This document shows positions 25,838 through 40,158 of a stretch of DNA of 64,000 bases, piece after piece. The stretch's first letter is position 1, and every line of letters begins with the position of its first letter. The notes beneath the pieces were generated by a model, which made no database searches, was not told where the DNA came from, and was given only the letters and a program-made list of their open reading frames with translations. The stretch covers positions 46,500,001 through 46,564,000 of the forward strand of contig NC_043004.1 of assembly GCF_006345805.1 (NCBI RefSeq), written 5' to 3'. The stretch comes from Octopus sinensis. Taxonomy: Eukaryota. A program made the position numbers and the translations under genes.

Positions 25838-26172
25838 ATATATATGTGTGTGTGTGTGTGTACACATAGACAGATAAAGTGTAAGACAGATGGTTTTCTT
25901 TCTTCAGTAAAGTTTTTCTAATTTTCCAGAAAATATTTCGTGGTAATATAAACATTTCCGGGGAATTATAGCACTGTAATGTATATGTTTTGAGTTCAGC
26001 TTTAAACGAGTTACTGTGTTCAAAACGTTTCTCTTAGTTTCTTTTTCTTTCCTCCTGGCTTTTAAAATGTTTTTTATAACTTTTTTCAGACTCATTGTAT
26101 TCTTTAGAAAATTGAGATATACTTTCAATGTCATTCTCTCGCAAATACATGTATGTATGTTTTTATGCATAT

Positions 26173-26235
<63 letters not shown>

Positions 26236-26313
26236 GTAATATGTATATATTTATACATATATATACATGTATATGTACATATATATATATATATATATAT
26301 ATGTATAGTTAGT

Positions 26314-26383
<70 letters not shown>

Positions 26384-26390
26384 ATAGATA
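25570..26390. repeat. Two long interrupted (TA)n/(TG)n/(GATA)n microsatellite blocks
   Basis: Blocks at ~25570-25870 and ~26160-26390. Confidence 0.9.
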
Positions 26391-26867
26391 TAAACGTAGA
26401 GATAGTTGCATTTTCCTTTCAGTTTTCTTCTCCTTAAGTTGTTTTCTCGGAAAACATTGTCGTTGACTTTTATTCAACGGAAAGCACTAATACTAGTCGA
26501 TTAAATATACTTATTACTAACAATTAATGCATTGTATATTTTAAAAAAAATATGAAAAATAGAAGAATTTATATATTTATTATTCGATATACTTATCTCT
26601 AAGGAACTGTATTAAAATTTGCTATATTTGTCTATTCATGTTAAAATTAGTTCGCCTACAATACAAACATATTTTCAGAAAGAAAGGAAGTAGCAAGCAA
26701 ATATCTTACATTTCGTTTTCTTTTATTCGTGTGAATAAGCCTTAATTTATTTATCAAATATAGGGAAAGATTATAATTTGAAAGCAAATATACGGATCAC
26801 TTCATTGGTCATAAATTTTCCGAAATATTTTTATCAAATATTTATTTTTCCAAGACACAATACTTAC

Positions 26868-26913
26868 CAATGCTCGAGGAAATGACTATGATTGATTGAA
26901 TAGTTACTGATTT
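26868..26913 (-). CDS. Candidate 46-nt micro-exon
   Basis: Strong acceptor tttttatctgcag and consensus donor TTG|gtaagt. Two frames are open (KSVTIQSIIVISSSI or ISNYSINHSHFLEH). Confidence 0.3.
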
Positions 26914-27699
26914 CTGCAGATAAAAATGTACAAAAAAATGCAAAGTCATCTTTCATGTCATTTCGGAGCAATACATAAGTTTATATACAACACTGAAATA
27001 GATATTATATAAATTTTGGGGTCATACAGCTAAAATCACACATTGAATAAAGAATTATTGCTATCCAAGTATGCTTGTATGTATATATGTATGTGTGTAT
27101 ATATGTACGTAAATATGTATGGACGTATGTATGTATTCATGTATGAATATCTGTCTGTAGTATATATGTATCTATATATATATATATATGATACACACAC
27201 GCACACACACACACGCACACACACACACAAACATATATATATATATATATGCATTCAAATAACTGAACAAATGAATAAACGTAGTGTTCAATACAACTGC
27301 AAGGATTGTATATATTTTGAGAAAGACTTTGAATCACTTCTACATGAGTTAATTTTTCCTGAGCACGTACGACAATTTCTTCTCATCGTGTGATAGGAAC
27401 AAAATACCATCTACATTTCAAGGTAATTCAAGATGTCTTCTACGTGTTTCGGTATCTATTTATCAACACAGGTCACATGATGTCACTGCTGTCAAACCGA
27501 CACCAGCTATTTTTTAATATATTTTTGCATGTTATATATTGTAATACCTATCTGAAATTGGTAATCGTATTCCATAGATTCATGCTGTTTAAACTGTTAC
27601 TCTATATATTTTTTCCTCTGAACATTATCTGGAAAATTCTAGAGTATATCACATAAACGACTTCTAAAAATGCATTTGTTTGCAGTAGTGTTATTGTTT

Positions 27700-28235
27700 T
27701 TTATTCCGTTCATGGAGGGTGCACGACTCTTTTGACTGAATAAGGACGCTCCTACCCTCCATCAGGCATTTGCCATATTCAGAACACCTTACTTGCCTGG
27801 GCATGGACACATTGAAACTCCGACCTATGGCAGCTGACTTGGCAGACACCCATAAACTTATTAACCATCTTACAAACAATAACTCTGAGCACCTTTTCAA
27901 ACTCCACCTGTCTAACACACGTGGACATGTTTACAAAGTCAGAAAACAGTACAGCTCCCATGAATTTCGGAAACATGTTTTCACGCTAAGAGTTGCTGAA
28001 GCATGGAACAAACTGCTGGCATCAGTTGTTAGTTGTCGGAGCACTGCATCCTTAAAAACTTCCATACTTCCTGACATTCGCCAACACTACACCTGATTTT
28101 CTGCCCTCCATACACATGCAAGCATGTATCTGACTCATACACTGTTCGCTTTCCAGGCATTTGTGCATTACTGCATATACTTTATGCGCACTTTTTGACA
28201 ATTTGTGGTGCACCAGAGCATTGTATACAATAATT

Positions 28236-28265
<30 letters not shown>
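27700..28265 (+). mobile_element. CR1-clade LINE 3' end with (ATT)n tail
   Basis: PSIRHLPYSEHLTCLGMDTLKLR, NTRGHVYKV and FTLRVAEAWNKL, then a stop at 28096, a 3'UTR and (ATT)n. Confidence 0.9.
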
Positions 28266-28286
<21 letters not shown>

Positions 28287-28595
28287 TATGTTTGACTTTT
28301 GCTTTATGTCTGTACAAGTTGGCTCCAAGTCTCACCCAGAGACCTCAAGAGACAACAGGTTGGAAGTTCTGTTCCATATATTTGGGGGTTTTTTTTGGTG
28401 TTGTACTAGTGAATGTCTAATACATAAAAATAAAATAAAAAATAAAAAAATAAAATAAAATAAAATAAAATAAATAAATAAATAAATAAATAAAAGTTTG
28501 TTTTAAAACTTGGGATTACATAGAGAGTATTTTGCGTAGGATATGAGCAGATAGGATAGATAGATGGATAGATTATTATTATTATTATTATTATA

Positions 28596-29060
28596 TTGAG
28601 TGAGAGAGCAGTGAATGCCATCAAAGTGACACTGGGGTAAAATATATGAAGCCCAGTATACCCATCATGACTACCCGTCTGATAAGGGTACACTAGGTAC
28701 ATGCATCACAACCATGTGTGCGTAACATGGTGATCTCATATCAAGATAAACAGCACATGACCTTGCAGGTGGGGCCCAGTTAGAATTTTCTTCAGGTCGA
28801 GTAACCCATCCCACTCGAAAGGTCCCTGAATAAGGGTTCTTTAAGGATGTTGAATGAAACACCCATGTTTCCAGAGGTGAATTATTCAAACCCCAAAGAA
28901 TCCCTCTCAACACACGGCTATGATGCTCCCCCACTACTTCTGCTCGTGATCAGAGATGCACATATCGTCAGCCACTAAGGGACATGCTCAACTGGTTAAG
29001 GTCAAACAACTGACAAGCAAATCGGTGGTATTGAGCAGAATATTTTCTGTAGCCCATCTG
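28596..29060 (-). mobile_element. Non-coding interspersed repeat D, copy 2, flanked by (ATT)n on both sides
   Basis: Matches 10890-11291 and extends ~70 bp further. (ATT)n at ~28575-28596 and ~29071-29150. Confidence 0.8.
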
Positions 29061-29068
29061 TTAAAAAA

Positions 29069-29132
<64 letters not shown>

Positions 29133-29469
29133 ATTATTATTATTATTGTTATTTAAAATAAAGCTTTGTCGCATTGGGCAATATATCCTATTCATAGAAT
29201 GTGTAGCTATTGTTTTCTTTTTTTTTTGAGAAGTCAGCCAATCTTCTTTTATTATCAGTCTGGTCCCATATTCACAAGAAAGACGTGGTATATGATTAGA
29301 TTGTTATGAAAAGTTGTTTTCTGAAATCTTTTGATAAAATCATCGGCAAAATTTTATGAGGAATAAATATTTGTCGAAGAGACAATATTTTGAAATTGTG
29401 TATTTTAATTTAAACATACGAGTAACATTCTTGAGTGGAATGACTCGTGATTAAACTGATCTCAGCAAT

Positions 29470-30002
29470 TAGTTGGTACTTTATTTCATCCCCTCCGAAA
29501 TTCACAGTTAACTACGGCAAAATTTGGAGCCAGGATGTAAGGAACCGTTGTTGTGAATCATTTTATCCGGCGTTTTACAGTACGTTCGACGATCGGAAAT
29601 AATAATGGTTTAAAATTTTGGCACTAGGCCAGCAATTTTCAGGGAGGAGTAAGACGATTATGCCTACCCCAGAAATCCACTGGTGCTTATTTTATCAACC
29701 CGGAAATGATGAAAGGTGGAATTTCAACTCAGAATGTAACGACGTGGGAAGTGCCGCTATGAATTTCTCCATAGGAAATAATAATCGTTTCTATTATTGG
29801 TACATGGCCTAAAATTTGGGGGAGAGTGATAGTCAATCACATCGACCCCAGTACTCAGCTGCATACTTATTTTATCGATCCCGAAAGGATAAAAGGTAAA
29901 GTTGACCTCGGCGAAATTTGAACTAAGAACGTGAAGACGGACGAAATGCTGCCTAGCATTTCGTCCGGCGTGCTAACGACTCTGCCAGCTCGCCGCCTTA
30001 TA
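29470..30002 (-). mobile_element. Three adjacent SINE A-type copies, the last full length
   Basis: Copy 29786-30002 has a 15-bp TSD ATAGGAAATAATAAT (29771-29785, 30003-30017). Two more decayed copies lie upstream. Confidence 0.85.
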
Positions 30003-30675
30003 ATAGGAAATAATAATAACATCAAATTACGAAAAAAATATGAGGTGAAATTTCCAGTGATTATGATATAACGGCAATATGATTAAATAACGCGAATAAT
30101 TATGTAATTTGATAATGTTTGTGTGACACCCTGTCGTACAGAAATAAACAAATAAAAAATAAATCAATTTCCACACCTAAAATGCAATAATCTGTTAAGG
30201 TTTAGGTTGTTAAGTAATTGTAAGTATGAATAATGATTTCCAGAACACTGTATTCACATGTAGAATTACGGCTACCGCCAATAAGCAACATGTCAATGCA
30301 GATGAATACATAAGGCATGTCTTCAAAAAGATTTTATTTGGCAATGGAGCACTTATATGTCGACAGAAATAATTTGCGCACATGCATCAATGTTACGTAT
30401 GGAATACATGCATAAATCAACATATATGTGCGACTGTGTGAGTGTGCGTGTATGAACGTGAGACTGTTAGTATCTTCGTGCGTTTTTTTTTGTAGTAAAT
30501 GAGTTGTATGAATATAACAGAAACCAAATAAGACTGCACTTTATTATGTCACAGCGTACAAAGGCACATGCCAAACATTTCCAACCATTTGCGTTAGTTT
30601 GACAAAACACAGTCTCATACAATTATATAGCTATGTATGTATGTAGACACATTAACATGTAAATGTTTTGTACAC

Positions 30676-30731
<56 letters not shown>

Positions 30732-31169
30732 GAAAATATATATATCTATATATATCTATATATGAAAAATATGTTGTCTATTGACTCTATTACGCATGCT
30801 GGCCACTGGTAGAATATTTCTCTAAATTTTCTAACCTAAATATTTTCGTCATGTCAGAGAGTAATGGAACCCAGAATTCAAGGAAATGGGACAAGTAGCG
30901 TAAGATATTCTGTCCCAAGTCCTTACACTCCCATGTATACAAGACCTGGACTGGTAATTTGTGTTATGATCCCTGAAAAGACAAAGGCCATGTTGACATC
31001 CGCTTATAGGGCATTATCTTTTAGCTGTATCTTACTAGTTAGTACACATTCTCGTGTGCTTTTCATATGGGGATTGGACGTCATTTGAAATTTGTTTGCG
31101 ACCGCGACGATTTTCTTTCGATCGCTGGTATAACAACTCATATTGATTGTGTTCAAGATGTGCCTTGAT

Positions 31170-31495
31170 CGTGAAGGCGCATGGCTTAGTGGTTAGGGTA
31201 TTCAGTTCATGATCGTAAGGTCATGAGTTCAATTCCCGGCGACACGTTTTGTCCTTCAGCAAGACACTTTATTTTACGTTGCCTCAGTTCACACAGCTGG
31301 CAAAAATAAGTAGTACCTGTATTTCAAAGGACCACCTTTGCCACACTCTGTGTCATGCTGAATCTCTCTGAGAAATACGTTAAGGGTAGATGAGCGTGTG
31401 TGGTGTGCTCGACCATTTACACACTAATTTCATGAGCAAGATGTTCCATTAATCGGATCACCCAGAACACATATAGTCGTAACCGACGGAGTGAA
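31170..31495 (+). mobile_element. tRNA-derived SINE sharing the family C head
   Basis: GTGAAGGCGCATGGCTTAGTGGTTAG..GAGTTCAATTCCC..CAGCAAGACACTTTATTT, followed by a different 3' part. Confidence 0.8.
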
Positions 31496-31845
31496 GTATA
31501 TCTTGATCCTAAGAAGTACCTTTCCACGAAAGAGAATTACCATTTAATTAACTCCATTGTGTTTAATGATGGAACTTTTACATTACTAGTGTATATATTA
31601 AAGGCTTAGTGAACTGCAACTTAATTTGAACACTGCATAAAAGAATGAAATTAAATACATCAAATTGTTCAGTCTGGCTTCATTACTGGTCTGTCAGTTA
31701 TCATACTCATAATTCTTTCATATTCTCGGAAAATTTATTATTTCTTTATGAATTAATATTCGTATATATCTTTATATATGTATACATACATTACGTACAT
31801 ACACACACACACACGTACACACATAAACACACACACAGATACACA

Positions 31846-31913
<68 letters not shown>

Positions 31914-34639
31914 CGCGTGTGTATGTATTTATATACAAGGGGAGAGATAGTGTTACATATGCTATATAGTCAATCAACGTCATTTTTACGAATGTATTCA
32001 GCATTTCCATATACACAGAAATTGAATGAAGATTAAGTCGAACTTACATGAGTTTCATTCTAGCATGTTAATTATAGGGAAATATATTAAAATTGACTGC
32101 AATCCCAAACCAAGGCCAACAACACGGAAGAGATTAGAAATTATTGAAGAATTATCAGAGAAATCATATTTGTTAGAATAACCTGGAAAAACGCCCAAAC
32201 ACGAATAAGTAAATCTTCTTAATTAGTAAATAGAAAATGACAAACACATTGTGTTGCCATCACAGCAAATTGGATTGTACGGTATGAAATGTGACAAGCA
32301 TTGCTTTGAATTTGAATTCGTATTAGTTGACTTTGATGCACAAGAATGCCGAGTGAAAACGAATGCCGAAGACATTATTAATATTCTAGCATGCTTGAAG
32401 ATTAGATGTAGGCAGGCAAAACACTGTGAAATAAACGACGTAATTGACGTCCTTGTTATATAATGATTTCCAGGAATCCGATTTGTATAGTGAATTTAAT
32501 GCTGTAGTAATGAACAGATTTCACATCATACACTGATTACAGAAAGGAAGTTCCTGACAAGAAATAACTTTAATCAAGACATCTTGCTATGTCGACATAA
32601 TTGCATTTATTATTGATTTGTTTTCTTCTTATAAACATTGGACTGGAATGCAGTAATAGTAAAATATTCAGCGTAGAATACAGTGGCGGAATAAGTAATA
32701 TAAAAGGAAGTGTATTTTGTGATATTGAGTTATCAGTTGGTATATATCGACTTCAAACACTATGAGAATTATCTTTAATTTTCAGTTTCCGTATCTTTAT
32801 AGTAAGTAAAACCGCTTCACTGAGGTTGATATGATAGACACTGCCGACTCCTATAAATTTACAAACATGCCTGCTTGTTTTTTTTTTTAGCTTTGTTTCT
32901 ATTTTGCGTTCCCCATTTGAAAAGTGCTTGCTTTTAAGATAATTCGTCATACATACGTACAAACAAAATTAAAGGGCGTGTTTGGGTGTGTGTGTGTGTG
33001 TGTATTTGTACATGTGTGCATGTGTGTACCATGCTAGCAGACACTAGAGATGGATAATTGTGATATGACAGCAGAAATTAGAAACAAAAAACCTTATATT
33101 CAGCAGTAAACTTAGAAGCGTGTGGACACTCAATTCTGTGTCTTCTATGTGTATATACCAAACAAATCGTGCCTGCTAAAGCATACTCGCTAGTTCAAAG
33201 TGTTAATCACATATATAAAATAATGTATGCCATAATTTGTGTTTAATTTCCCCACTTACACATTCACGTCTTGAATACCATTAAGATTATCGTTATCTTT
33301 CCTCCATTAGTATTCGATAAATTGTTCCGACCAACACATAAAGGTGTTATAATTTTTTGTTTTCTTCCTACTCCGAATATGTAAGAAGTGTGTATTGTGC
33401 TTAACACAGAAAGACATGTTATATGCTTCCTGTTAGAGCAAAATTTATAACTATAAAACGTCCTCAATATATATAATGTATATATCTTTTGCTTCCATTA
33501 ACCGGAACTGAAATTCATGAACATCAGAATGCTTATTTCGATTTTTGAAGAGACTATGGTTAAATGTATGCAGTAAATTATATATACTAAATTGTATAGT
33601 GTAATTTGTATATACTAAATTGTATACAGTAAATTGTATACGTTGAATGGGAATCTACGATTTATATGAAATAGGGCAATGTCATGTAGTTTTGTGAAAT
33701 CTTCATAAAAATATGAGTCAAAAGAATTCACTCGTCCGTATTTTAATGACACAGTAAGTTTTGTATTTTGATTTACACCATAAAATTACCACGCGCCCGT
33801 TATCCGCTGCTCTACCTTTGTCCCAATGAGTAACCCCGGAATAAGTAACAAATAACAACATTTACATGTGTAGCTTGTCTTCATGTAAAAGAACAGTTTA
33901 AAGTTTCGTTGTCCTCTTGGTGTATTGTACTTTTTCATTAGGTATAATAATAGAAAAGACAAATCGCTGTGCATCTACATTACTATCAAATAAATAAATC
34001 ACATGAGGAATGAAGAAATTGATCTGATATATTAGTCAGCAGCTCTAATACGAAGAGTGCAATCTCCAGTTCTGTATTTGTATTATCGTCTTTCATTTTT
34101 TTTTGTCGATACTTTCTAGGAACTCAGTGACCAATTCTAAGCGTAGCTGTTTTCGCGTGAGTTGTAATACTAATGAATGTTGGAATTCGTATAAACTTGG
34201 CGTAAGTTATAAAAGTCGCGAAACTAAATGTCAGTGTCTAAGCAGCTGGGCTTGATGACAATGAAAACACTGAAATGTATGTTTTGAAAAGGAGGTCTTG
34301 ACACATGTTAAATTATTTAACCATTCAATGTTTATATAGTGCAACAGTTATGTTGTGTGTGATCCCATCTATACAAAAATATGAATCAAAATGACTGCTA
34401 TTGTGCTTTTCCTTGTGGATTATGAGACTCCAGGTTGAAGAGTACACATCACTGCCTACTCTTCTGCAGCGATTTACCCTTATACAGTAACATACAAAGG
34501 TATATGATTCTATATAACATAATGAATTTTATAAAGAAAAATTTGAAGTATAGCATCTGTTTATTGAGTGAACCTGAGAATAAAATTCACACCCGCTCAA
34601 AATACTTATTTTACACACTAAGAGACACACATACACACG

Positions 34640-34695
<56 letters not shown>

Positions 34696-34984
34696 AAATA
34701 TGTGTTATATAGGCGGTGCCCCAGCATGGCCAGAGCTCGTGAGCTGAAACTAGATAAAATAAAAATTAAAAAATAATACTCTTCCACAGCCATACCAACA
34801 ATCTAACGTAACTCCATCATCAGCTCCCCCACGGACATCATTATGGTTTCGACACCTGGGCAATACCATTCAATCCGGCGGTTTCAACAGCACTAAAATA
34901 AGCATTGTTTGGGAACAAACAAACCAAAGAAATCACAACTTTCAAGCACATATACTTTATATACAACCGTATCGATAAATGAAT

Positions 34985-35069
<85 letters not shown>

Positions 35070-36054
35070 TGTGTATAAAAGCTTGTGTACGTGTTTTTGT
35101 GCCTGTTTATGCCTACCACAACTGCTTTACAAACGCTGTTGGTGTGTTTACATCACAGTAATTTAGCTGTTCGGCTGATAGAATGAGTCAAAGGATCCTC
35201 ACCAATCGAAATATGCGTCTACAGATGGACAAGATTTCATCGAAATTCTTGTCAAAGTGACAACATAATTAAGTCACTCAGAGAAGAAGCGATTATATTT
35301 GAAAATTGAGGAGTAAAAGTTGCTGACTGTGAAAGGAAATTTGTTACGAAAATTTTAAGACATACATTAATAGATATGACCAATCAAGTTGTATGTCATA
35401 AATCGCTATATACTGGTGCATTTGGATTAACGAAGCCCACTTCATGCTTCTTTATTTAATTTACTTTCAACTTCAGAGATTTTTAAGAATCTACCAGCAA
35501 AAGTATAAAGGGCAATGATTCTGATGAACGTTATACTTAATGGAGTGTTACAAATATTAGATAGATTACACATCGCATAACGAAGAAGGCTCTGATTCAG
35601 AATGAATAAATCAAACCACAGCAATGAACCTCGAGAGCATTTCATTATTTATTGCAGGGAACCTATCAAACCGTTTCATTGATAATTATCTCTTAATTCC
35701 CTATATATCCTCTCGATATAATATATTATAATCGTTATTCAGTTCTTCGATTCACCTCAAGCAACACATACTTTACGGATTGTACTGGGCAATTATCAAT
35801 GTAATAAACTATTATTTAACATTATGCAACTTTATGTGATCAATTTGAAAGCTTATAAGATATAGTTTTGCAAGCTATGGAACACGAGATACGTACTAGA
35901 ATAATATTTAATTATATTTAAAAGTGTATATATGCCTATGTGTGTGAATGTGTGTTTGCGTGTTTCTTATATAGGTATGTGTGGGCGCGTGTGTCTTATA
36001 TGTGTGGTGTCAGGGAGTATATATGTATGTCTACGTATAATTACGCATACATAG

Positions 36055-36410
36055 AACCCTGTGGTAAAAGCTTGCTTCTCAACCACATGGTTCCGGGTTC
36101 TGTCCTAGTGCATGGAACTGTTGGCAGATTTTTCTACTATATCCTCGGATCGACCAAGGCCTGTCGTGTCCTTATTTAAGAGTGTGTGTGTCTGTATGTA
36201 TGTGTGTATGTGCGCATGTGTGTATGCATGTGCGTGTGTGTGTCTTTGTGTCTGTCCACCACGACCGCCGCTTGCCGAACGGTGTTGGTGTGTTTACGCT
36301 ATTGTAACTTAGCGAATCGGTTAAAGAGAGTGATAGAAAGAGTTTTGGTGTCGTTTCATTTGACTAAAAGTTTGTCCTAGGATGGGCATTATTAAATGAC
36401 TGAAATAAGT
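36055..36410 (+). mobile_element. Degenerate SINE B
   Basis: AACCACATGGTTCCGGGTTC, an internal (TG)n and GTTGGTGTGTTTACG. Confidence 0.75.
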
Positions 36411-36434
36411 AAAAAAAAAATTATAAAAGGAAAA

Positions 36435-36479
<45 letters not shown>

Positions 36480-36521
36480 CACACACGAACACACACGCAC
36501 ATACACACACAACACACACAC

Positions 36522-36587
<66 letters not shown>

Positions 36588-36699
36588 ATATATATACAGT
36601 TAATCCAGACATGAACAAAGAGGAAAAACACAACAACGCGGGACGTGAAACAAGTATTAGTGTTATTGGACGCTCAGGAAAGGAAAGGAAGAAGGTGGA

Positions 36700-36733
36700 T
36701 TTCCCGTTTCCAGCGGAGCATTTCATCAGAAAT
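36700..36733 (-). ncRNA. Degenerate minimal hammerhead core
   Basis: The - strand reads ATTT-CTGATGA-AATGCTCCGCTG-GAAAC-GGG-AAAT. The cleavage triplet is mutated. Confidence 0.4.
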
Positions 36734-37384
36734 ATAGAAAAAAGGAAAAGTCCAAGGAAGGGAAGACGGAGAAAGAAAATCGCCAACGATATACACAGTC
36801 ACATATTGAAATGACCGGAAGGGAATAGGTGAAGAAAAAGTTCTTTCAAAGACAGGAGTGCAAGAGAAGGAGGTATGTGTGTGTATGTGCGCGCGCGCAG
36901 GTCAGTGTGCATTTAATGATAGCACGTGTGTATGTGTGTATATGGTTGTGGCTGTTTATCTATGTGTGTGTATGGGCTTGGTATCGTTTAAGGTCATAGG
37001 AAGAATTTAGAGTAACAATTTTGATAGGAGTGGTTGCCTGTTGTGTGTCTACCTACACTTATGCGTAGGAGAAGGTCAGTAGAAGGTACAGATAGTTTGA
37101 AGTATGTGTGCGTGTGTATCTATATGTAAGGTGTGTGTGCTTTTGTTTGCAGTGTGTGTGTATGTATGCATGAATGTGTGTGTCTGCCTGTGTATATACA
37201 CGTGTGTGCATGTGAGTGTATGTGCGTGTGTACACGTGTATGTATGTGCGTGAGTATGTGTGCATATGTGGATGTATATACGTGTATGCGTGGGGTTCTG
37301 AGTGTGCGTGTGTGCGTGCGTATGTGTGCGCATGTGTGTGTGTGCGTGTGTGTGCATGTGTCTATATGTGTATGCATATATATA

Positions 37385-37545
37385 TATATATGCGATAGGC
37401 GTTTCTCAGTTTCTGTCTACTAAATCAAATCCACTCACAATGTTTTGATCGGACCATGGCAATAGTAGCAGACCCTTTACCAAGTTGCTACGTAGTGGGA
37501 CTCAGACCGGAAACATGAGGTTAGGAAGCGACCTTTTTACCACAC
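37385..37545 (-). mobile_element. SINE B 5' half, degenerate
   Basis: Reverse complement of the family B head-to-microsatellite segment. Confidence 0.7.
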
Positions 37546-37613
37546 AATATATATATATACATATAAATATTATCACAATAGAATAGTGTTATTTTCCACA
37601 GTAAAGCACAGTA

Positions 37614-37946
37614 AAGGGTAAAGACCCCCTTCGGTCATGAGTGACCATGGGATTGCACCTAGAAAGTTACCCTCCTAGACACAAGTCCGGGCAAGGTTGT
37701 TTATGGAAGACCAGCAGTCGCCCATGCATACCAGCCTCCCCTCTCCACGCCACCAGTGTTATCCAAGGGAAAGACAAAGGTCGATACAGCTTGGCACCTG
37801 TGACGTCGCAACTCATTTCTACAGCTGAGTGAACTGGAGCAACGTGAAATAAAGTGCCTTGCTCAAGAACACAACACGCAGCCCGGTCCGGGATTCGCGC
37901 TCACAACCTCATGATCGTAAGCTCGACGCTCTAACCACTGCGCCAT
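37614..37946 (-). mobile_element. tRNA-derived SINE family C
   Basis: The - strand head TGGCGCAGTGGTTAGAGCGTCGAGC..GCGAATCCCGG is followed by CTTGAGCAAGGCACTTT. The 3' end is GGGGGTCTTTACCCTTT. Confidence 0.9.
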
Positions 37947-38313
37947 AGTGGCACAGCAAGGCACCAATCTTTGATGGAAATAGTAGTTGATAACCGTACG
38001 AGGCTGTGTAAAGTTTCACTGAATATATAGAGGCAAAGATGTGTGCGGACCGCGAACATAAAAACATTTAATATTTCCTCTAGGTATGACGCTGGAGAAA
38101 TGGATATTTTAGAACGGATAACATAGTACTCGATTTTCTGGCTTTCTAGAGTGTGTTTATTATCGTAAATTTGGTTAGTTTTCTTCAGCTAGGTTCAACT
38201 AAGACGAAATGTAAAATATCCGCTACATCAATGCCTGTATATTCGGCTGATACGCCTAGCCATAAACGGAAGCGAGATCAATGAAAAAGTTTTATATTAA
38301 AACTATAAACACA

Positions 38314-38371
<58 letters not shown>

Positions 38372-38767
38372 CACACACACACACACACACACAAGTGTAT
38401 GTATATCAGGCATTGGATGAGTTTTGGCACTAACTTTCCGCGATTACTTTTCTAAATATTTTCGTTCCTAGGATCTAATATATTCTCGCTTGTTGTCTGT
38501 TTAGCCTCAATTACATTTCATGTAACGAGGTATATCTATTTAACGAGGTATATTTATTCCTTTATCCTAAGTATTATTCAGGCTTATCATTGAAATGCTT
38601 CTAGACATAAATCATTTTAAAATGATGTTATATAATTTAGAGATTATTAACGGCAAACACTTGTTCACTGCCTATTTTTCCAGAAAGACCTAAAAATCTA
38701 TACATACACATTTCATATTAACTATTGTTATTTTCTCCTTGTAATCTCATGAGCTTTGGCGACGTAC

Positions 38768-38803
38768 CATTCTCTCCTTCATAGAGAATTCTTTGGTTGC
38801 TTT
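38768..38803 (-). CDS. Candidate 36-nt micro-exon
   Basis: Acceptor cgttttcttag, donor ATG|gtacgt. Reads KATKEFSMKERM or SNQRILYEGEN. Confidence 0.2.
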
Positions 38804-39456
38804 CTAAGAAAACGGTGATTTCGGGAAAAAACGTGATAGAAATTCATAAAAGCATTTTCCTTGCCGCTGCTGTAACCGGTTTTCTCTCCTGTATTGGTTT
38901 TGTCAGACATCAAAGAAATTGCATAAGATGGGAACAGTCCACTTCAAGAATGTTCTTTCGTGAAGCTAAGTCGTTAAACACTCATACACATACACCTGAA
39001 TACATGCCAGTATATACACACAGATATATACTCATACACACATTTCGCATATTACATCCCTTGTGATTCTTTGCTTTTTTACTGAAGGTACTTAGCTCTT
39101 ATTTCTCGCAATGTAGGTGTTACCCTGCAACGTCAGTCACATTTAGTGCCTGAACTTTTCGTCTTTTGTTTTATATTGCTTATACCCGCCTTCGTTATTA
39201 TATGTACATATATATATATATAAATATAGGGATGGTATTATTAAAATACCATCACAAGTGGTAAGTGAATTATTAGCCGTACAGGCAAATTAATAAAATA
39301 TATACATACAATATTAGATATGTACATATATACATAAGGGTACTACATAAGTACCTATATCGCCAATGATAGAAGTCGAAAAATACCTCTGTACCGCCGA
39401 ATAGTTACGAATCCATTACAATCCCCTCAAACGGGTCAGAACAAATATATGCTGAG

Positions 39457-39603
39457 CGAGGCAGCAATTGTTGGGCTATTTTTAGAAATGTTGTAATTAA
39501 GGTACTGACAATGATGATGATGACAATGACAATTGAAATATAAAAATCCCTGACAAAAGCTATTTACAACATTTCTAAAAATAGCCCAACAGTTGCTGCC
39601 TCG
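39457..39603. repeat. 40-bp inverted repeat (1 mismatch) with a 67-nt spacer
   Basis: CGAGGCAGCAATTGTTGGGCTATTTTTAGAAATGTTGTAA (39457-39496) versus its reverse complement at 39564-39603. Confidence 0.9.
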
Positions 39604-40018
39604 GCCAGGGTTAAGATACAGGACTCTTGACATGTTCAACAAAGCGTGATACCTAAACCAATCAGCTTAAGTAATTGAGTGATACCACACACTGATTGCT
39701 CAGAATACAGTTTGCAAAACCTAGCAATCTGGAGCCTACACAGGTGTATTTAAGGCACAGATTTAACCATCTCGCTACAGTCAAAAATTGTGAAGCATGA
39801 CTGTCACCACTACTACATGAACCTGAAGATTGCATAATTTAATGCATGAAAATACTAGTTCAATCAGAATGAACATTTAACATTATATTATTTTATTCTA
39901 TTTTATATATTTATATTATATTATATATATTATATTATATCATTATAAGATTGTAGATAAAACGTCAAAATCAGACAAGATGGAATTCTTTTTATAATAT
40001 AATATATATTATATATAT

Positions 40019-40076
<58 letters not shown>

Positions 40077-40095
40077 AATATATATATATATAATA

Positions 40096-40158
<63 letters not shown>

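Noticed and set aside
35228-35253. 11-12 bp hairpin GACAAGATTTC/GAAATTCTTGTC
   Set aside because: It is short, isolated and without supporting context.
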